From NCBI GenBank assembly GCA_001767525.1, contig MELF01000045.1:41277-105276 (forward strand): 64,000 bases of DNA. Reading direction: 5' to 3'. The position numbers and the translations under genes were made by a program. This stretch comes from Acidobacteria bacterium RIFCSPLOWO2_12_FULL_68_19. GTDB lineage: Bacteria > Acidobacteriota > Vicinamibacteria > Vicinamibacterales > UBA2999. Under the pieces are notes generated by a model. That model saw nothing but the letters and a program-made list of their open reading frames with translations, ran no database searches and was not told where the DNA came from. Below, piece after piece: positions 33,627 to 43,177 of this stretch (positions are counted from its first letter, which is position 1; the number at the start of each line of letters is the position of its first letter).

Positions 33627-34709
33627 TTGAGGGCTTCCAATTCCGACCACCGCGCCGCCCAGGTGCTCGGGGCGATCTTCGACTCAGCCGTCGACGGCAT
33701 CATCGTCATCGACGCGAATGGCCGACTCGAGGCGTTCAACCCGGCGGCCGAGCGTCTCTTCGGCTATCGGGAATCCGAGGTCATCGGGCGCAACGTGTCC
33801 ATGCTCATGCCCTCGCCCTACCGGGACGAGCACGACGGCTATATTGGCCGCTACCTGGAGACCGGCGAGGCCAGGATCATCGGCGTCGGGCGAGAAGTGC
33901 ACGCCCTTCGCCGTGACGGGACAACCTTCCCGGTGCACCTGGCGGTTGGCGAGATGACCGTCGACGGAGAGCGCAAGTTCACCGGCATCGTTCACGACCT
34001 GAGCGCGCGCGTGCGGATGGAAGAGCAGTTGCGCGAGCAGGCGGCGCTCGTGCGGCTCGGCGAAATGGCCGCCGTCATAGCGCACGAGATCAAGAACCCG
34101 CTGGCCGGCATCCGCGGCGCCGTGCAGGTGATCGGTTCTCGGCTCGCCTCCGGCAGCCGAGAGGCGTCGGTCACCGACGAGATCGTCGCACGGATCGACG
34201 CGCTGAACGCGCTGATTCGTGACCTGCTGCTGTTTGCCCGCCCGCCCCAGCCGAGGCCGGCGCTCGTCGAGGTGCTCTCGGTGGTGGCGACGACGATCGA
34301 TCTGCTGCGCGACGATCCGACGGTCGCCGGCGTGGACATCGAACTCGAGGGCACGTCGCCGCCGGTGCTGGCCGATCCGGAGCTGTTGAAGATCGTCTTC
34401 CAGAACCTGCTCATCAACAGCGCTGAGGCGATGCACGGGCGCGGCCGCATTCGGATCGTCGCAGGAACGACCGGCGCCGGCTGCGAGGTGAGGTTCCTCG
34501 ACAGCGGGCCGGGCATTCCCGCGGAGATCCGCGACAAGGTGTTCGCGCCGTTCTTCACCACGAAGGCGCGGGGAACCGGACTCGGTCTGGCGACGGCCAG
34601 GCGGCTCATCGAAGCGCATCGGGGATTCATCCGTATCGACGTTCCGCCTGGCGGCGGCACCGCGATCACTGTGCACCTCCCACTGGCTGGCGCGGGTACC
34701 GCGGTGTGA
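33627..34709 (+). CDS. FixL-like heme-PAS sensor histidine kinase (HisKA type)
   Basis: [55 protein letters not shown]...FTGIVHDLS closely parallels the rhizobial FixL heme-PAS. It is followed by the H-box [16 protein letters not shown] and an HATPase domain (GTGLGLA). TTG start. Confidence 0.85.
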   Translation: [360 protein letters not shown]

Positions 34710-34745
34710 TGGGTTGGACCGCTTCTTGAAAGACACCCTGCGGCG

Positions 34746-35171
34746 GTGTCCGACGTGGTCACGACCCAGCCTTCTCATCTCCGCGTCCTCGTTGTCGAGG
34801 ACGAGTCGCTCATTCGCTGGTCGATTGCCGAGACGCTCGCCGAGCACGGCCATTCGGTCGTCGAGGCCAGCAGCGCCGCGTCGGCCGTTCAGGCCGTCAA
34901 CGAGGCGTCCAGGCCCATCGACGTCGTGCTGCTCGACCTGCGGTTGCCGGATTCCAGCACGCTCGATCTGCTGGCCGACATCCGGCGCCTCACGCCGGAG
35001 AGCGCTGTCCTGATGATGACCGCCTGCGGCACGCCGGAAGTCGCCCGCCACGCGCTGGAGCTTGGCGCGTACCGCGTCCTCGACAAACCGTTCGACCTGC
35101 ACGCCCTCGAACACCTCGTGGTCGAAGCGCACAACGCGTACGGCCCGCCCCCAGTCGCACGTCCCCATTGA
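34746..35171 (+). CDS. single-domain response regulator (receiver only)
   Basis: 141 aa. LRVLVVEDESLIR...DVVLLDLRLPD...MMTA...VLDKPF. No output domain. Confidence 0.85.
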   Translation: MSDVVTTQPSHLRVLVVEDESLIRWSIAETLAEHGHSVVEASSAASAVQAVNEASRPIDVVLLDLRLPDSSTLDLLADIRRLTPESAVLMMTACGTPEVARHALELGAYRVLDKPFDLHALEHLVVEAHNAYGPPPVARPH

Positions 35172-35262
35172 CCGCTGGAAATTCCCCACGCCCCCCTCGG
35201 AGCCCGCATTTGCGGCCGTCTCGCGAGCGTCTTGCAATCGAGCATTTGGCCGGTCGGGACCA

Positions 35263-35541
35263 ATGGCCGCACCCTTGCACATTGACCTCATCGGAGTGTC
35301 CGGAATGTGGTGCGCACAGTTCCTGCGGTCGATGCCGGGGCGGATCGTGCTGGTTCTCGTCGGTCTGTCGCTTGTCGTCTGGGGCAGCAGGCACCCGTCG
35401 CTGACGGGTCTGGTCCTCATGATGGCGGGGATGGTGCCGACTGTCACCGGTATCGCGGGGATCTGTCTGCTCGACGAAGTACGCCGTAGCCGCCGGGCAG
35501 GGAATCTATCAGCCGGTCAGCCGCGCGAAGGGCGCGCGTAG
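35263..35541 (+). CDS. small membrane protein, DUF2892/YgaP-like (start uncertain)
   Basis: Two hydrophobic helices, RIVLVLVGLSLVVWG and LVLMMAGMVPTVTGIAGICLL. Alternative ATG at 35305. Confidence 0.4.
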   Translation: MAAPLHIDLIGVSGMWCAQFLRSMPGRIVLVLVGLSLVVWGSRHPSLTGLVLMMAGMVPTVTGIAGICLLDEVRRSRRAGNLSAGQPREGRA

Positions 35542-35574
35542 CACGGCGATCCGGCGGCCGGTGCGGAGGCCGTC

Positions 35575-36297
35575 ATGTTCGATCTGATTACCGGAGAAGT
35601 GAAGCACGCCCCGCAGCCTCGGACAGCGCCGCTGCTCGTCTCGATCGCGGCGCACACGGCGCTCGTGGCGGTTGTGTTCATCAGCACCGTGCTGTTCGTC
35701 GCGGCGCCGACTCCGCAGATGCAGATGATGATGGCGTTCGTAGCGGCACCGCCACCTCCGCCGCCTCCGCCTCCCCCCGCACCGCCGCCGCCAGAGGCGC
35801 GGCGCGTGGAGACCCCGGTCCCCACCGCGGGAAACGTGGCGCCGGTCACGGCGCCGATGGAGATTGCGCCCGAGCCGCCGCCGATCGAACGCGAGGTCTT
35901 GGCCGGCGTCGAAGGAGGCGTTCCGGGCGGCGTGGTCGGAGGGCTGCTGCCTGAGGCGCTACCGCCACCGCCACCGCCTCCGCCACCTCCGCCGCCTCCT
36001 CCTCCGCGCGGTCCAGTGCGCATTGGAGGGCAGATCCGGGAGCCGAAGCTCGTCCTTCGCGTCGCCCCGGAGTACCCGCTGCTCGGGCTCTCGTCCCAGA
36101 TCGAGGGAGTGGTCATCCTCGAGGCGATCGTGGACGAGGAAGGAAACGTGGAGAGCGTCAAGGTACTGCGGTCCGCTGGAATCTTCGACGACCCGGCGCT
36201 CAAGGCCGTGCGGCAGTGGCGCTACTCGCCGGTCGTCCTGAACGGGCGGCCGGAGAAGTTCATTCTGACGGTGGTCGTCTCGTTCAAGCTGCAGTGA
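35575..36297 (+). CDS. tonB: energy transducer TonB
   Basis: N-terminal anchor, two poly-Pro tracts, and a C-terminal TonB_C domain (PEYPLLGLSSQIEGVVILEAIVDEEGNVESVKVLRSAG..DPALKAVRQWRYSP). Confidence 0.85.
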   Translation: MFDLITGEVKHAPQPRTAPLLVSIAAHTALVAVVFISTVLFVAAPTPQMQMMMAFVAAPPPPPPPPPPAPPPPEARRVETPVPTAGNVAPVTAPMEIAPEPPPIEREVLAGVEGGVPGGVVGGLLPEALPPPPPPPPPPPPPPPRGPVRIGGQIREPKLVLRVAPEYPLLGLSSQIEGVVILEAIVDEEGNVESVKVLRSAGIFDDPALKAVRQWRYSPVVLNGRPEKFILTVVVSFKLQ

Positions 36298-36331
36298 CGC
36301 TCCCGGTCATCCCGGGGCAGGAAGGAACCGT

Positions 36332-36664
36332 ATGCGTATGCGGATCATGGTGGTGGTGGCGCTCGTCATCGGCGTGCCGACGATGTGGGCTTTCGCGCAG
36401 CAGTCTCAGCCGGCGATGCCCGACATGATGAAGATGCACCAGCAGATGATGGCGGAGATGAAGGCGGGCGGCGAAAAGCTCGACGCGCTGGTCGCGCACA
36501 TGAACGGCGCAGGCGGCGCCGCGAAGGTCGACGCCGTCGCCGCGGTGGTGACCGAGCTCGTGCGCCAGCAGAAGGCGATGCATCAGCACATGGACCAGAT
36601 GCACGCGCAGATGATGGGGCGCGGGATGGCCGGCTCGCGCGGCATGATGATGGGAAGACCGTGA
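36332..36664 (+). CDS. secreted Met/His-rich protein (possible periplasmic metal-binding protein)
   Basis: 110 aa with a signal peptide. The mature part is rich in M and H (MPDMMKMHQQMMAEM ... MHQHMDQMHAQMMGRGM). Confidence 0.55.
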   Translation: MRMRIMVVVALVIGVPTMWAFAQQSQPAMPDMMKMHQQMMAEMKAGGEKLDALVAHMNGAGGAAKVDAVAAVVTELVRQQKAMHQHMDQMHAQMMGRGMAGSRGMMMGRP

Positions 36665-37000
36665 AAGAGCTGCCCCATCGCTACGCCGCGCGGTTGACCG
36701 GGGGCCCTTCCGGGTACGCGGAGATCCGGGAGGCACCGGTGACCGTCGCGCCCGTCGGCATCCGCTGACGCGCATCCAGGACAAGACGGCCTCAGGCCGC
36801 GAGAGGCTCGCGGTGATGATGCCCCTGACGCGGGCCCGCCCGGCGCGAGAGTCCGCACAGATTCGCGTGAAGGACCCGACGTGCGGCGGGAATTCTTCCG
36901 CGGGCCACGGCGCCGCGGCTGTGCGGGTCGAGAGCGTTCGCTGCGTCTGCGGACCCGGATGAAGGCATCGCGCTTGCTCTCACCTCTTTGGGGGGAGCAT

Positions 37001-37476
37001 ATGGCACACACACGCAGGCGCTGGTGGACGGCGGTGGCGATGGCCTTCCTGGGGCTGCTCGCCGCGATGCAACTGGTGCCGTACGGCCGCGCCACGTCAA
37101 CCCACCAGTGGTCGTCGAGCCCGCCTGGGACTCCGCCGAGACGCGCGCGACGGCCGCACGCGCCTGCTTCGACTGTCACAGCAACGAAACGACGTGGCCC
37201 GCGTACTCGCGGGTCGCGCCCGCCTCGTGGCTGATCTACCGTGACGTCGTCGAGGGCCGGGAGCACCTGAACTTCTCCGAATGGCAGCGCCCGCAGAAGG
37301 ACGCGGACGAGGCGGCCGAGCACGTGCGCGAGAGCGAGATGCCGCTGCCGATCTACGCCCTGATGCACCCGGAGGCACGCCTGACGCCGGATGAGCGCGA
37401 ACGCCTGGCCGCCGGGCTGGCGGCGACGCTCGGCGCCGTCGAGGGCGAAGACGGATACGAGCGCGGCACACGCTGA
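37001..37476 (+). pseudogene. heme-binding-domain (Haem_bd-like, CxxCH) protein with an apparent frameshift after the signal peptide
   Basis: The signal peptide MAHTRRRWWTAVAMAFLGLLAAMQLVPYGR is in frame 2. The domain HVNPPVVVEPAWDS...CFDCHSNETTWPAYSRVAPASWL...HLNFSEW is in frame 1. The junction is at 37090-37093. Confidence 0.6.
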
Positions 37477-37531
37477 GCTGAGCCGGATTGCCGGCGTGAG
37501 GAGCCGAGTTCCGCGCACGGACGCGCGGCTC

Positions 37532-38734
37532 TCATGGCGATGACCGCCGGTGCGTCATCCATGCCCCCGCCCGCGACGGGGTCAGGCCCAGGTTCAGCCA
37601 CGATTTCTCGAGCAGCACCTTGGCCAGATGCCAGTGTCGGCTCGGCCCGTGCATCGTCACCTCCGGCGACGGCTCCGCATAGAAGTCGCCGGCGCCGAAC
37701 CCGGCCTTGCCGTCGCCGACCTCGATGAAGCACTCCCCGTGGCCGTCGAAGCGTGCCGCCGCGTCGGTGCCCGTGACGGCGTGCGCGATCCTCCGTGCGA
37801 CGACCTCGCCTTCCTCGTGCGCGAACACCCCCGCCTTCGGCAGCGGCTTGCCGATGGCGAGCGGAATGGCCACCACGTCCCCGATCGCATAGACGCCGGG
37901 GAAACGGGTCTCGAGCGTGTGGCGGTCGACCGCCGCCCACCCGCTCTCGCCGGCCAGCCCGCTGTCGCGGATGGGCGGCGGGGGCACGTGGGGCGGCACG
38001 TATGCCAGGAGATCGAACGCCGCCTCTGTCCCGTCGGCGAACGTCAGCCGCTTCGCGTGCGGATCGACGCGCGTGACCTGGCGTCCCGGATGGTATCCGA
38101 TGGCTCGCTCCGCGAGCAGTTGGCGCACACCGTCGGATACCTGCGGGCCCGCCGTGCCCATCGGCGCCGGTTCCGCCGCGTAGACCTCGATCTCGACCGC
38201 GCCGCGGGTGCGGCGCCGGCGATAGAACGCGTCGGCGAGCATCGCGGCTTCGTACGGGGCGGCGGGGCACTTGTAGGCCGGCGTGGCCGTCAGCACGACG
38301 AGTCGTCCGGCGCGGAGCTCCTTCAACGCGCCGCACAGGCTTTGCGCGCCGGGCAGCGTGTAGATGTTGTGGCCGGCGTCGGCGAGTCCCGGCACGGCGG
38401 AAGGGTCGAGGGCGGCGCCGAGGGCAACCACGATGAAGTCGGCCGCCGCCGACTCGCCGCCGATCGACACCGTGCGCCGCCCGGGATCGATGCGATCGAT
38501 CTCGCCGTACCGGACCTCGACGCCCTTCGGCACGAGGCGGTCGAGCGGTCGCGTGATCGCGGCGGGCGTGCGCGCCCCGACCATGAGCCACAGCAGCGAC
38601 GGCGCAAAAACGTGGTCCCGCTCGCGCTCCACGAGCACGATCCGGTGCCCCCGCGGCAGCCGGCGAACGAGGGCGCGCGCGGTGGCGAGGCCGCCGATGC
38701 CCCCGCCGAGAATCAGAATCGTCTTGGTGTCCAT
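37532..38734 (-). CDS. sulfide:quinone oxidoreductase-like FAD-dependent pyridine nucleotide-disulfide oxidoreductase
   Basis: ATG 38734. ILILGGGIGGLATA Rossmann motif, ...YKCPAAPYEAA..., ...VYAIGDV..., 400 aa. Confidence 0.8.
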   Translation of the reverse strand: MDTKTILILGGGIGGLATARALVRRLPRGHRIVLVERERDHVFAPSLLWLMVGARTPAAITRPLDRLVPKGVEVRYGEIDRIDPGRRTVSIGGESAAADFIVVALGAALDPSAVPGLADAGHNIYTLPGAQSLCGALKELRAGRLVVLTATPAYKCPAAPYEAAMLADAFYRRRRTRGAVEIEVYAAEPAPMGTAGPQVSDGVRQLLAERAIGYHPGRQVTRVDPHAKRLTFADGTEAAFDLLAYVPPHVPPPPIRDSGLAGESGWAAVDRHTLETRFPGVYAIGDVVAIPLAIGKPLPKAGVFAHEEGEVVARRIAHAVTGTDAAARFDGHGECFIEVGDGKAGFGAGDFYAEPSPEVTMHGPSRHWHLAKVLLEKSWLNLGLTPSRAGAWMTHRRSSP

Positions 38735-38751
38735 GGTGTCCTCGCGAGGCG

Positions 38752-39105
38752 TCAGAAGACGAGGGTGCGGTCGGCCCATTCGGTCCAGGCCGTCAGCTCG
38801 TCGAGCGAGCTGCGATGGGCGCCGTCGGCCAGTTCCCCGGCGTCGATGCCGCGGGCGTCCATGCACGTCCCGCACACCCCGACCTCTCCTCCACGGCGCG
38901 CCACCGCGTGGAGCATCACCTCGATGTTGTAGAAGCCCTGCGGAACCTTCTGGTTCCGCTTGGCACACGCGGCGGCGTCGCCCATGAGGAACACCCGAAC
39001 GTCCTGGCCGTCGCGCCTGACGAGCGACCCCGCGAGCCGCAGGGCGTTGAAGCTACGCTCGCTGCCGTAGGGCGGGTCGTTGAGGATGAAGAGCATCTTC
39101 GCCAT
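38752..39105 (-). CDS. DsrE/DsrF-family sulfur-relay-like protein
   Basis: 117 aa. MLFILNDPPYGSERSFNALRLA...VFLMGDAA...VGVCGTCMDARG is typical of DsrE/YchN-like proteins. It lies 17 nt upstream of the SQR-like gene. Confidence 0.8.
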   Translation of the reverse strand: MAKMLFILNDPPYGSERSFNALRLAGSLVRRDGQDVRVFLMGDAAACAKRNQKVPQGFYNIEVMLHAVARRGGEVGVCGTCMDARGIDAGELADGAHRSSLDELTAWTEWADRTLVF

Positions 39106-39141
39106 CTGTCGTCACACCTCGCTAGTCCTCCGTATTCTCCC

Positions 39142-40770
39142 TCAGTACGCGTCCTGCGCGGAGGTCGCCGGCTCCGGTTTCACCTCGCGCACCTCGGTCA
39201 TGGTGGCCTCGGTGAGCAGCAGGACGCCCGCGACGGAAACGGCGTTCTCGAGCGCCAGCCGCACGACCTTCGTCGGATCGACGATGCCGGCCTCGACCAG
39301 GTCGACGTAGGTGCCGGCGGCCGCGTCGAAGCCGAAGTTGCCGGCGCCGGCGCGCATCTTCTCGATGACGACCCCGCCGTCGGCGCCGGAGTTCTCGGCG
39401 ATCTGGCGGGTGGGCGCTTCGAGCGCTCGCCGCAGGATCAGCACGCCCGCACGTTCGTCGCCGCCGGTGCGCGCGGCCTCGGCTTCGACGGCCGGAATCG
39501 CGCGCAGCAGGGCGAGCCCGGCACCGGGCACGATCCCCTCGGCAATCGCCGCCCGCGTCGCGGAGATCGCATCGTCGAACGCCTCGCGCCGGCTCTTCAT
39601 CTCGGCTTCCGAGGGGGCGCCGACGCGGATCACCGCCACGCCACCGGTCAGCTTGGCCAGGCGCTCCTCGAGCTTCTCGCGGTCGTAGTCGGACGTGGTG
39701 TCGGCAATCTGCTTCCGCAGCTCCTGGCAGCGCGCCTCGATTCGGAGTGGGTCGCCCTTGCCGCCGACGATGGTCGTGTGTTCCCGGCCAACCACCACGC
39801 GTGCGGCGCGCCCGAGCTGGTCGAGCGCCACGTTCTCGAGCCGGATGCCGAGCTCCGGGGCGACGAGCTGTCCGCCCGTCACGATCGCAATGTCCTCGAG
39901 CATCGCCTTGCGGCGATCGCCGAACCCGGGCGCCTTGACCGCCACGGTGGCGAGCGCGCCGCGGAGCCGGTTGACGACGAGGGTGGCGAGCGCTTCGCCG
40001 TCGACCTCCTCGGCAATCACGAGCAGCGGCGAGCCGCGCTTGGCGATCTGCTCGAGCAGCGGCAGGAGATCCTTGACGGCGCTGATCTTCCCCTCGTAGA
40101 GGAGGATCAGCGGGTCGTCGAGAATCGCCTCCAGCTTCTCGGGGTCGGTGACGAAGTAGGCCGAGAGGTAGCCATGGTCGAACTGGAGCCCTTCGACGAC
40201 CTCCAGCGCGGTCTCGGTGCCCTTGGCCTCCTCGACGGTGACCGCGCCCTCGGCGCCCACCTTTTCGATCGCCCGCGCGACGAGCTCGCCGATCGCCGGG
40301 TCGTTGTGCGCCGACACGGTGGCGACCTGCTCCTTTTCGCGCGCGCTCTCCACCGGGCGCGACTGGGCGCGCAGGGCCTCGATGGCGGCACGGCCCGCGC
40401 GGTCGAGCCCGCGCTTCAGGTCGATCGCGCTCGCGCCCGCCGCGATGTTGCGCATCCCCTCGGCGACCATCGCGTGCGCCAGCAGTGTGGACGTGGTGGT
40501 GCCGTCGCCCACCGCGTCGCCCGTGCGTTCGGCGGCGCCCCGCAGCATCTGGGCGCCGAGGTCCTCTTCGGGATCCTTCAGGGCGAATTCCTTCGCGATG
40601 GTGACGCCGTCGTTGCAGACGATCGGCTTTCCCCATTTCTTCTCGATCAGCACCGAACGCGACCGTGGCCCGAGCGTCGGACGCAGCGCGTCGGCAATGG
40701 CCGTCGCGCCACGCAGCACCTTCTCCCGTGCCTCGGAGCGGAACAGCAGATGTTTCGCAGGCATTGTCAT
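39142..40770 (-). CDS. groEL: chaperonin GroEL (Cpn60) paralog, no adjacent GroES, no GGM tail
   Basis: [21 protein letters not shown]...[11 protein letters not shown]...[19 protein letters not shown]... is full-length GroEL. The C-terminus is ...[14 protein letters not shown]. Confidence 0.95.
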   Translation of the reverse strand: MTMPAKHLLFRSEAREKVLRGATAIADALRPTLGPRSRSVLIEKKWGKPIVCNDGVTIAKEFALKDPEEDLGAQMLRGAAERTGDAVGDGTTTSTLLAHAMVAEGMRNIAAGASAIDLKRGLDRAGRAAIEALRAQSRPVESAREKEQVATVSAHNDPAIGELVARAIEKVGAEGAVTVEEAKGTETALEVVEGLQFDHGYLSAYFVTDPEKLEAILDDPLILLYEGKISAVKDLLPLLEQIAKRGSPLLVIAEEVDGEALATLVVNRLRGALATVAVKAPGFGDRRKAMLEDIAIVTGGQLVAPELGIRLENVALDQLGRAARVVVGREHTTIVGGKGDPLRIEARCQELRKQIADTTSDYDREKLEERLAKLTGGVAVIRVGAPSEAEMKSRREAFDDAISATRAAIAEGIVPGAGLALLRAIPAVEAEAARTGGDERAGVLILRRALEAPTRQIAENSGADGGVVIEKMRAGAGNFGFDAAAGTYVDLVEAGIVDPTKVVRLALENAVSVAGVLLLTEATMTEVREVKPEPATSAQDAY

Positions 40771-41155
40771 TCCCCTACTGAGAGAGGTCGTTGAGCGTGA
40801 CACCCGGACACCGGCAGGAGTCGAACGGGCTCGGTCCGGGGAATTTCGGCCGGGAAGCCGCGGTGCACGAGGCGATCGCGCCCGGCGCACCGCGCCTCGG
40901 CGGCCGGCGGGCAACCGCGGCCACGCGCAAGCCCCGCTGCGGCCAGGCCGAACGGCCGCGACATCGCGCCCCCCTGGCTGGCAGGCCCATGGCTCGCCCG
41001 CAAATGACGTAAGCCAACTTCGCGCCAACGCTGGCGACGGCGCAGGTCCGGGAAGAATACGGCGGGCGTCGGGAAGAATTTCGCGTCGACGCGGGGATTC
41101 CGCGCCGCTCCTGGCGCGACTCTCGCTGGCATGGCACGTGCGTCTCCATGAGGCG

Positions 41156-42049
41156 ATGCTGCAGATCTCCCACGTGCTCTGTCCGGTTGATTTTTCCGAC
41201 TTTTCTCGACGGGCGCTCGACCACGCGGCGGCTCTCGCCCGGTGGTATGGAGCGCGCCTCACGCTGCTGCACGTCTTCATCAATCGCCCGGCGGCTGATC
41301 TCCCACCCGCGCCGATGACCGAGGTCGAGCGCCAGCGGCTCACCGCCGACCTGCGTCGCCTGGCGGCGCACGTTCCATTCGACGTGCCGCTCGACCTGCG
41401 CGTCACCGAGGCGAGCGACATCCACCGCGAGATCCTCATCCAGGCCGAGATGGTGTCGGCCGACCTGCTCGTGCTCGGCACGCACGGCCGGTCTGGGTTC
41501 GAGCGCCTCGTGCTCGGGTCGGTCGCCGAGCGCGTGGTCCGGAAGGCGCCGTGTCCCACGATGGTCGTGCCGCGGCAGGCGCACGACACCCCGCCGGATG
41601 AACCGGTGCGTTTCCGCCGCATCGTGTGCCCGGTGGATTTTTCCGACGCTTCGGTCCGCGCCGTGGAGTACGCCACGAGCCTGGCCGAGGAGGCGCGGGC
41701 GCAGATCATCCTGCTGCACGTGCTCGATGTGCCGCCGGAGATCCTCGCGCAGCCGATCTCGGCGGGCGTCGACGTCGACCGCATCCGCGCCGCCGCGGTC
41801 GCCGACTCGCAGAAGCAGCTCGAGGCGCTCGTGCCCGATCCGCCGCGACCGCACTGCACGATGAAGGCGATAGTCCGGGAAGGACCGGTGTACCGCGAGA
41901 TCCTGGCGATCGCCGCCGAGCGCGGCGGCGACCTCATCGTGATGGGCGTGCAGGGACGCGGCGCGGTGGACCTGATGGTGTTCGGGTCGAACACGGCGCG
42001 GGTGATGCGCGCCGCGACCTGTCCGGTGCTCGTCCTGCCGCCAAAGTGA
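41156..42049 (+). CDS. tandem universal stress protein (2 x UspA domain)
   Basis: 297 aa. Two repeats of ...[11 protein letters not shown]...A...A......LLHV... / ...DL(L/I)V(L/M)G..GR......GS....V.R.A.CPV(M/L)V(V/L)P. Confidence 0.85.
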   Translation: MLQISHVLCPVDFSDFSRRALDHAAALARWYGARLTLLHVFINRPAADLPPAPMTEVERQRLTADLRRLAAHVPFDVPLDLRVTEASDIHREILIQAEMVSADLLVLGTHGRSGFERLVLGSVAERVVRKAPCPTMVVPRQAHDTPPDEPVRFRRIVCPVDFSDASVRAVEYATSLAEEARAQIILLHVLDVPPEILAQPISAGVDVDRIRAAAVADSQKQLEALVPDPPRPHCTMKAIVREGPVYREILAIAAERGGDLIVMGVQGRGAVDLMVFGSNTARVMRAATCPVLVLPPK

Positions 42050-42051
42050 GA

Positions 42052-42243
42052 GAGGGTCTGCGGATGGTGGAGGCCGGCGAACGGGAGGTCGACGATGCGG
42101 ATGCGGTTCGAGTCTGCTTCCGCCCGGCGTTGCCATCTGATGGCGCCCATGCCGATCGGCCCGGACCTGGTGCAGTGGTGTTCCAGCAGGCGGACGACCG
42201 CCTGCACGGCGAGAAGGCGCTGCTCGTGGCGTTGATGGGGTGA
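42052..42243 (+). pseudogene. C-terminal remnant of ornithine carbamoyltransferase
   Basis: ...[46 protein letters not shown] parallels OTC C-termini (HCLPA.RG.E...GP.S.VF.QAENRLH.QKALL). The upstream ~250 codons are missing. The stop overlaps the arcC-like GTG (GTGA). Confidence 0.5.
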
Positions 42244-43169
42244 CCGTGCGGACCGTGCTCGTGGCCGTCGGCGGCAACGCGCTCGTGCGCGGAGACGAGG
42301 AGGCGAGTTCGGAGTTCGAGCGGCTGCGCGTCGCCCAGACGTGCCGTGCGCTCGCCGACGTCGCCGCGGCCGGCTGGCGCCTGCTCGTGACGCACGGGAA
42401 CGGCCCGCAGGTCGGGGCGGCGCTCCGCCGAGTGGAGCTCGCGCGGTCCGAGGTGTATCCGCTGCCGCTCGACCTCTGCGTCGCCGCCACGCAGGGGGAG
42501 ATCGGGTTGCTGCTGCAGCAGGAGCTCGCGGCGGCGCTCGCGGCCCGCGGCGTCGATAGGCCGGTGGTGACCGTGGTGTCGCAGGTCGTCGTGGCGCGCC
42601 ACGATCGGGCGTTCAGGTATCCGACCAAGCCGATTGGGTTGCCCGGCTTCCAGCGCGTCGTGCCGTCGCCGGAGCCGCTCGACATCGTGGAGGAACCGGT
42701 CATCCGGGCGCTCGTCGACGCGGGCGTCGTGGTGATTGCGCTTGGCGGCGGCGGGGTGCCGGTTGTCCGCTGCGGCGCGCGCTATGAAGGGGTCGAGGCG
42801 GTCGTCGACAAGGACCTCGCCTCGGCGCTGCTCGCTGCCCGGCTCGGCGTCGATCTGTTCGTGATGCTGACCGGCGTGGACGGCATCTATCTCGACTTCG
42901 CGACGCCGATGGCGCGGCGGCTCCGAGACGTCACCGCGGCCGAGCTGCGCCGCCACGCGGCGGAGGGGCAGTTCCCGCCCGGCACCATGGGGCCGAAGGT
43001 CGAGGCGGCGCGGCGGTTCGTGACGGCCGGGGCGGGCGAGGCGATTGTGACCTCGCCCGACCGGCTCCTCGCGGCGCTCGAAGGAGAGGCCGGCACCCGC
43101 GTGTTCCACGAAACGTACTCCGATTGTTCGTGCCGGCCCGGGGCCGCGAGCCTCGCGCCGAGTGTGTGA
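42240..43169 (+). CDS. arcC: carbamate kinase-like protein (appears to lack the protruding subdomain)
   Basis: [10 protein letters not shown]...[12 protein letters not shown]...[13 protein letters not shown]...KPIG|LPGFQR|VVPSPEP...GGGGVPV...GVEAVVDKD...[11 protein letters not shown]. About 24 aa are missing between KPIG and VVPSP relative to remembered enterococcal CK. Confidence 0.8.
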   Translation: MTVRTVLVAVGGNALVRGDEEASSEFERLRVAQTCRALADVAAAGWRLLVTHGNGPQVGAALRRVELARSEVYPLPLDLCVAATQGEIGLLLQQELAAALAARGVDRPVVTVVSQVVVARHDRAFRYPTKPIGLPGFQRVVPSPEPLDIVEEPVIRALVDAGVVVIALGGGGVPVVRCGARYEGVEAVVDKDLASALLAARLGVDLFVMLTGVDGIYLDFATPMARRLRDVTAAELRRHAAEGQFPPGTMGPKVEAARRFVTAGAGEAIVTSPDRLLAALEGEAGTRVFHETYSDCSCRPGAASLAPSV

Positions 43170-43177
43170 GGGTCATC

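Noticed and set aside
35740-36010. Repetitive CCGCC(G/A)CC tracts suggested a DNA repeat element.
   Set aside because: They encode the two poly-proline linkers expected in TonB. This is coding low complexity, not an independent repeat element.
36662-36768. 35-codon ORF VKELPHRYAARLTGGPSGYAEIREAPVTVAPVGIR, resembling the N-terminus of OsmC-family proteins. It could be another gene remnant.
   Set aside because: It is too short for a confident assignment. No continuation of homology appears in any frame downstream. It is left unannotated.
41127-41141. Sigma-54-like -24/-12 element TGGCAT-ggcac-GTGC just upstream of the USP gene.
   Set aside because: The GG/GC spacing fits, but the -12 GC lies only ~15 nt before the ATG (41156). 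That leaves no room for a transcribed RBS. It is a single occurrence in GC-rich DNA, and no EBP gene is nearby.
40780-41155. I looked for a CIRCE (TTAGCACTC-N9-GAGTGCTAA) or other classical heat-shock operator upstream of groEL and the hsp20 genes.
   Set aside because: No CIRCE-like inverted repeat is visible in the groEL, hsp20 (6475-6606) or hsp20 (58455-58688) upstream regions.
42096-42130. tRNA-like T-arm (gcGGTTCGAGTCtgc) in the usp-arcC spacer.
   Set aside because: No matching acceptor stem or anticodon arm could be built from the flanks. The region instead translates as the C-terminal remnant of ornithine carbamoyltransferase.
40771-42207. 5' extension of the GroEL ORF (ORF 39142..42207, 1021 aa).
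   Set aside because: GroEL homology begins at [10 protein letters not shown] (40770). The extension is antisense to the tandem USP gene and is low-complexity.
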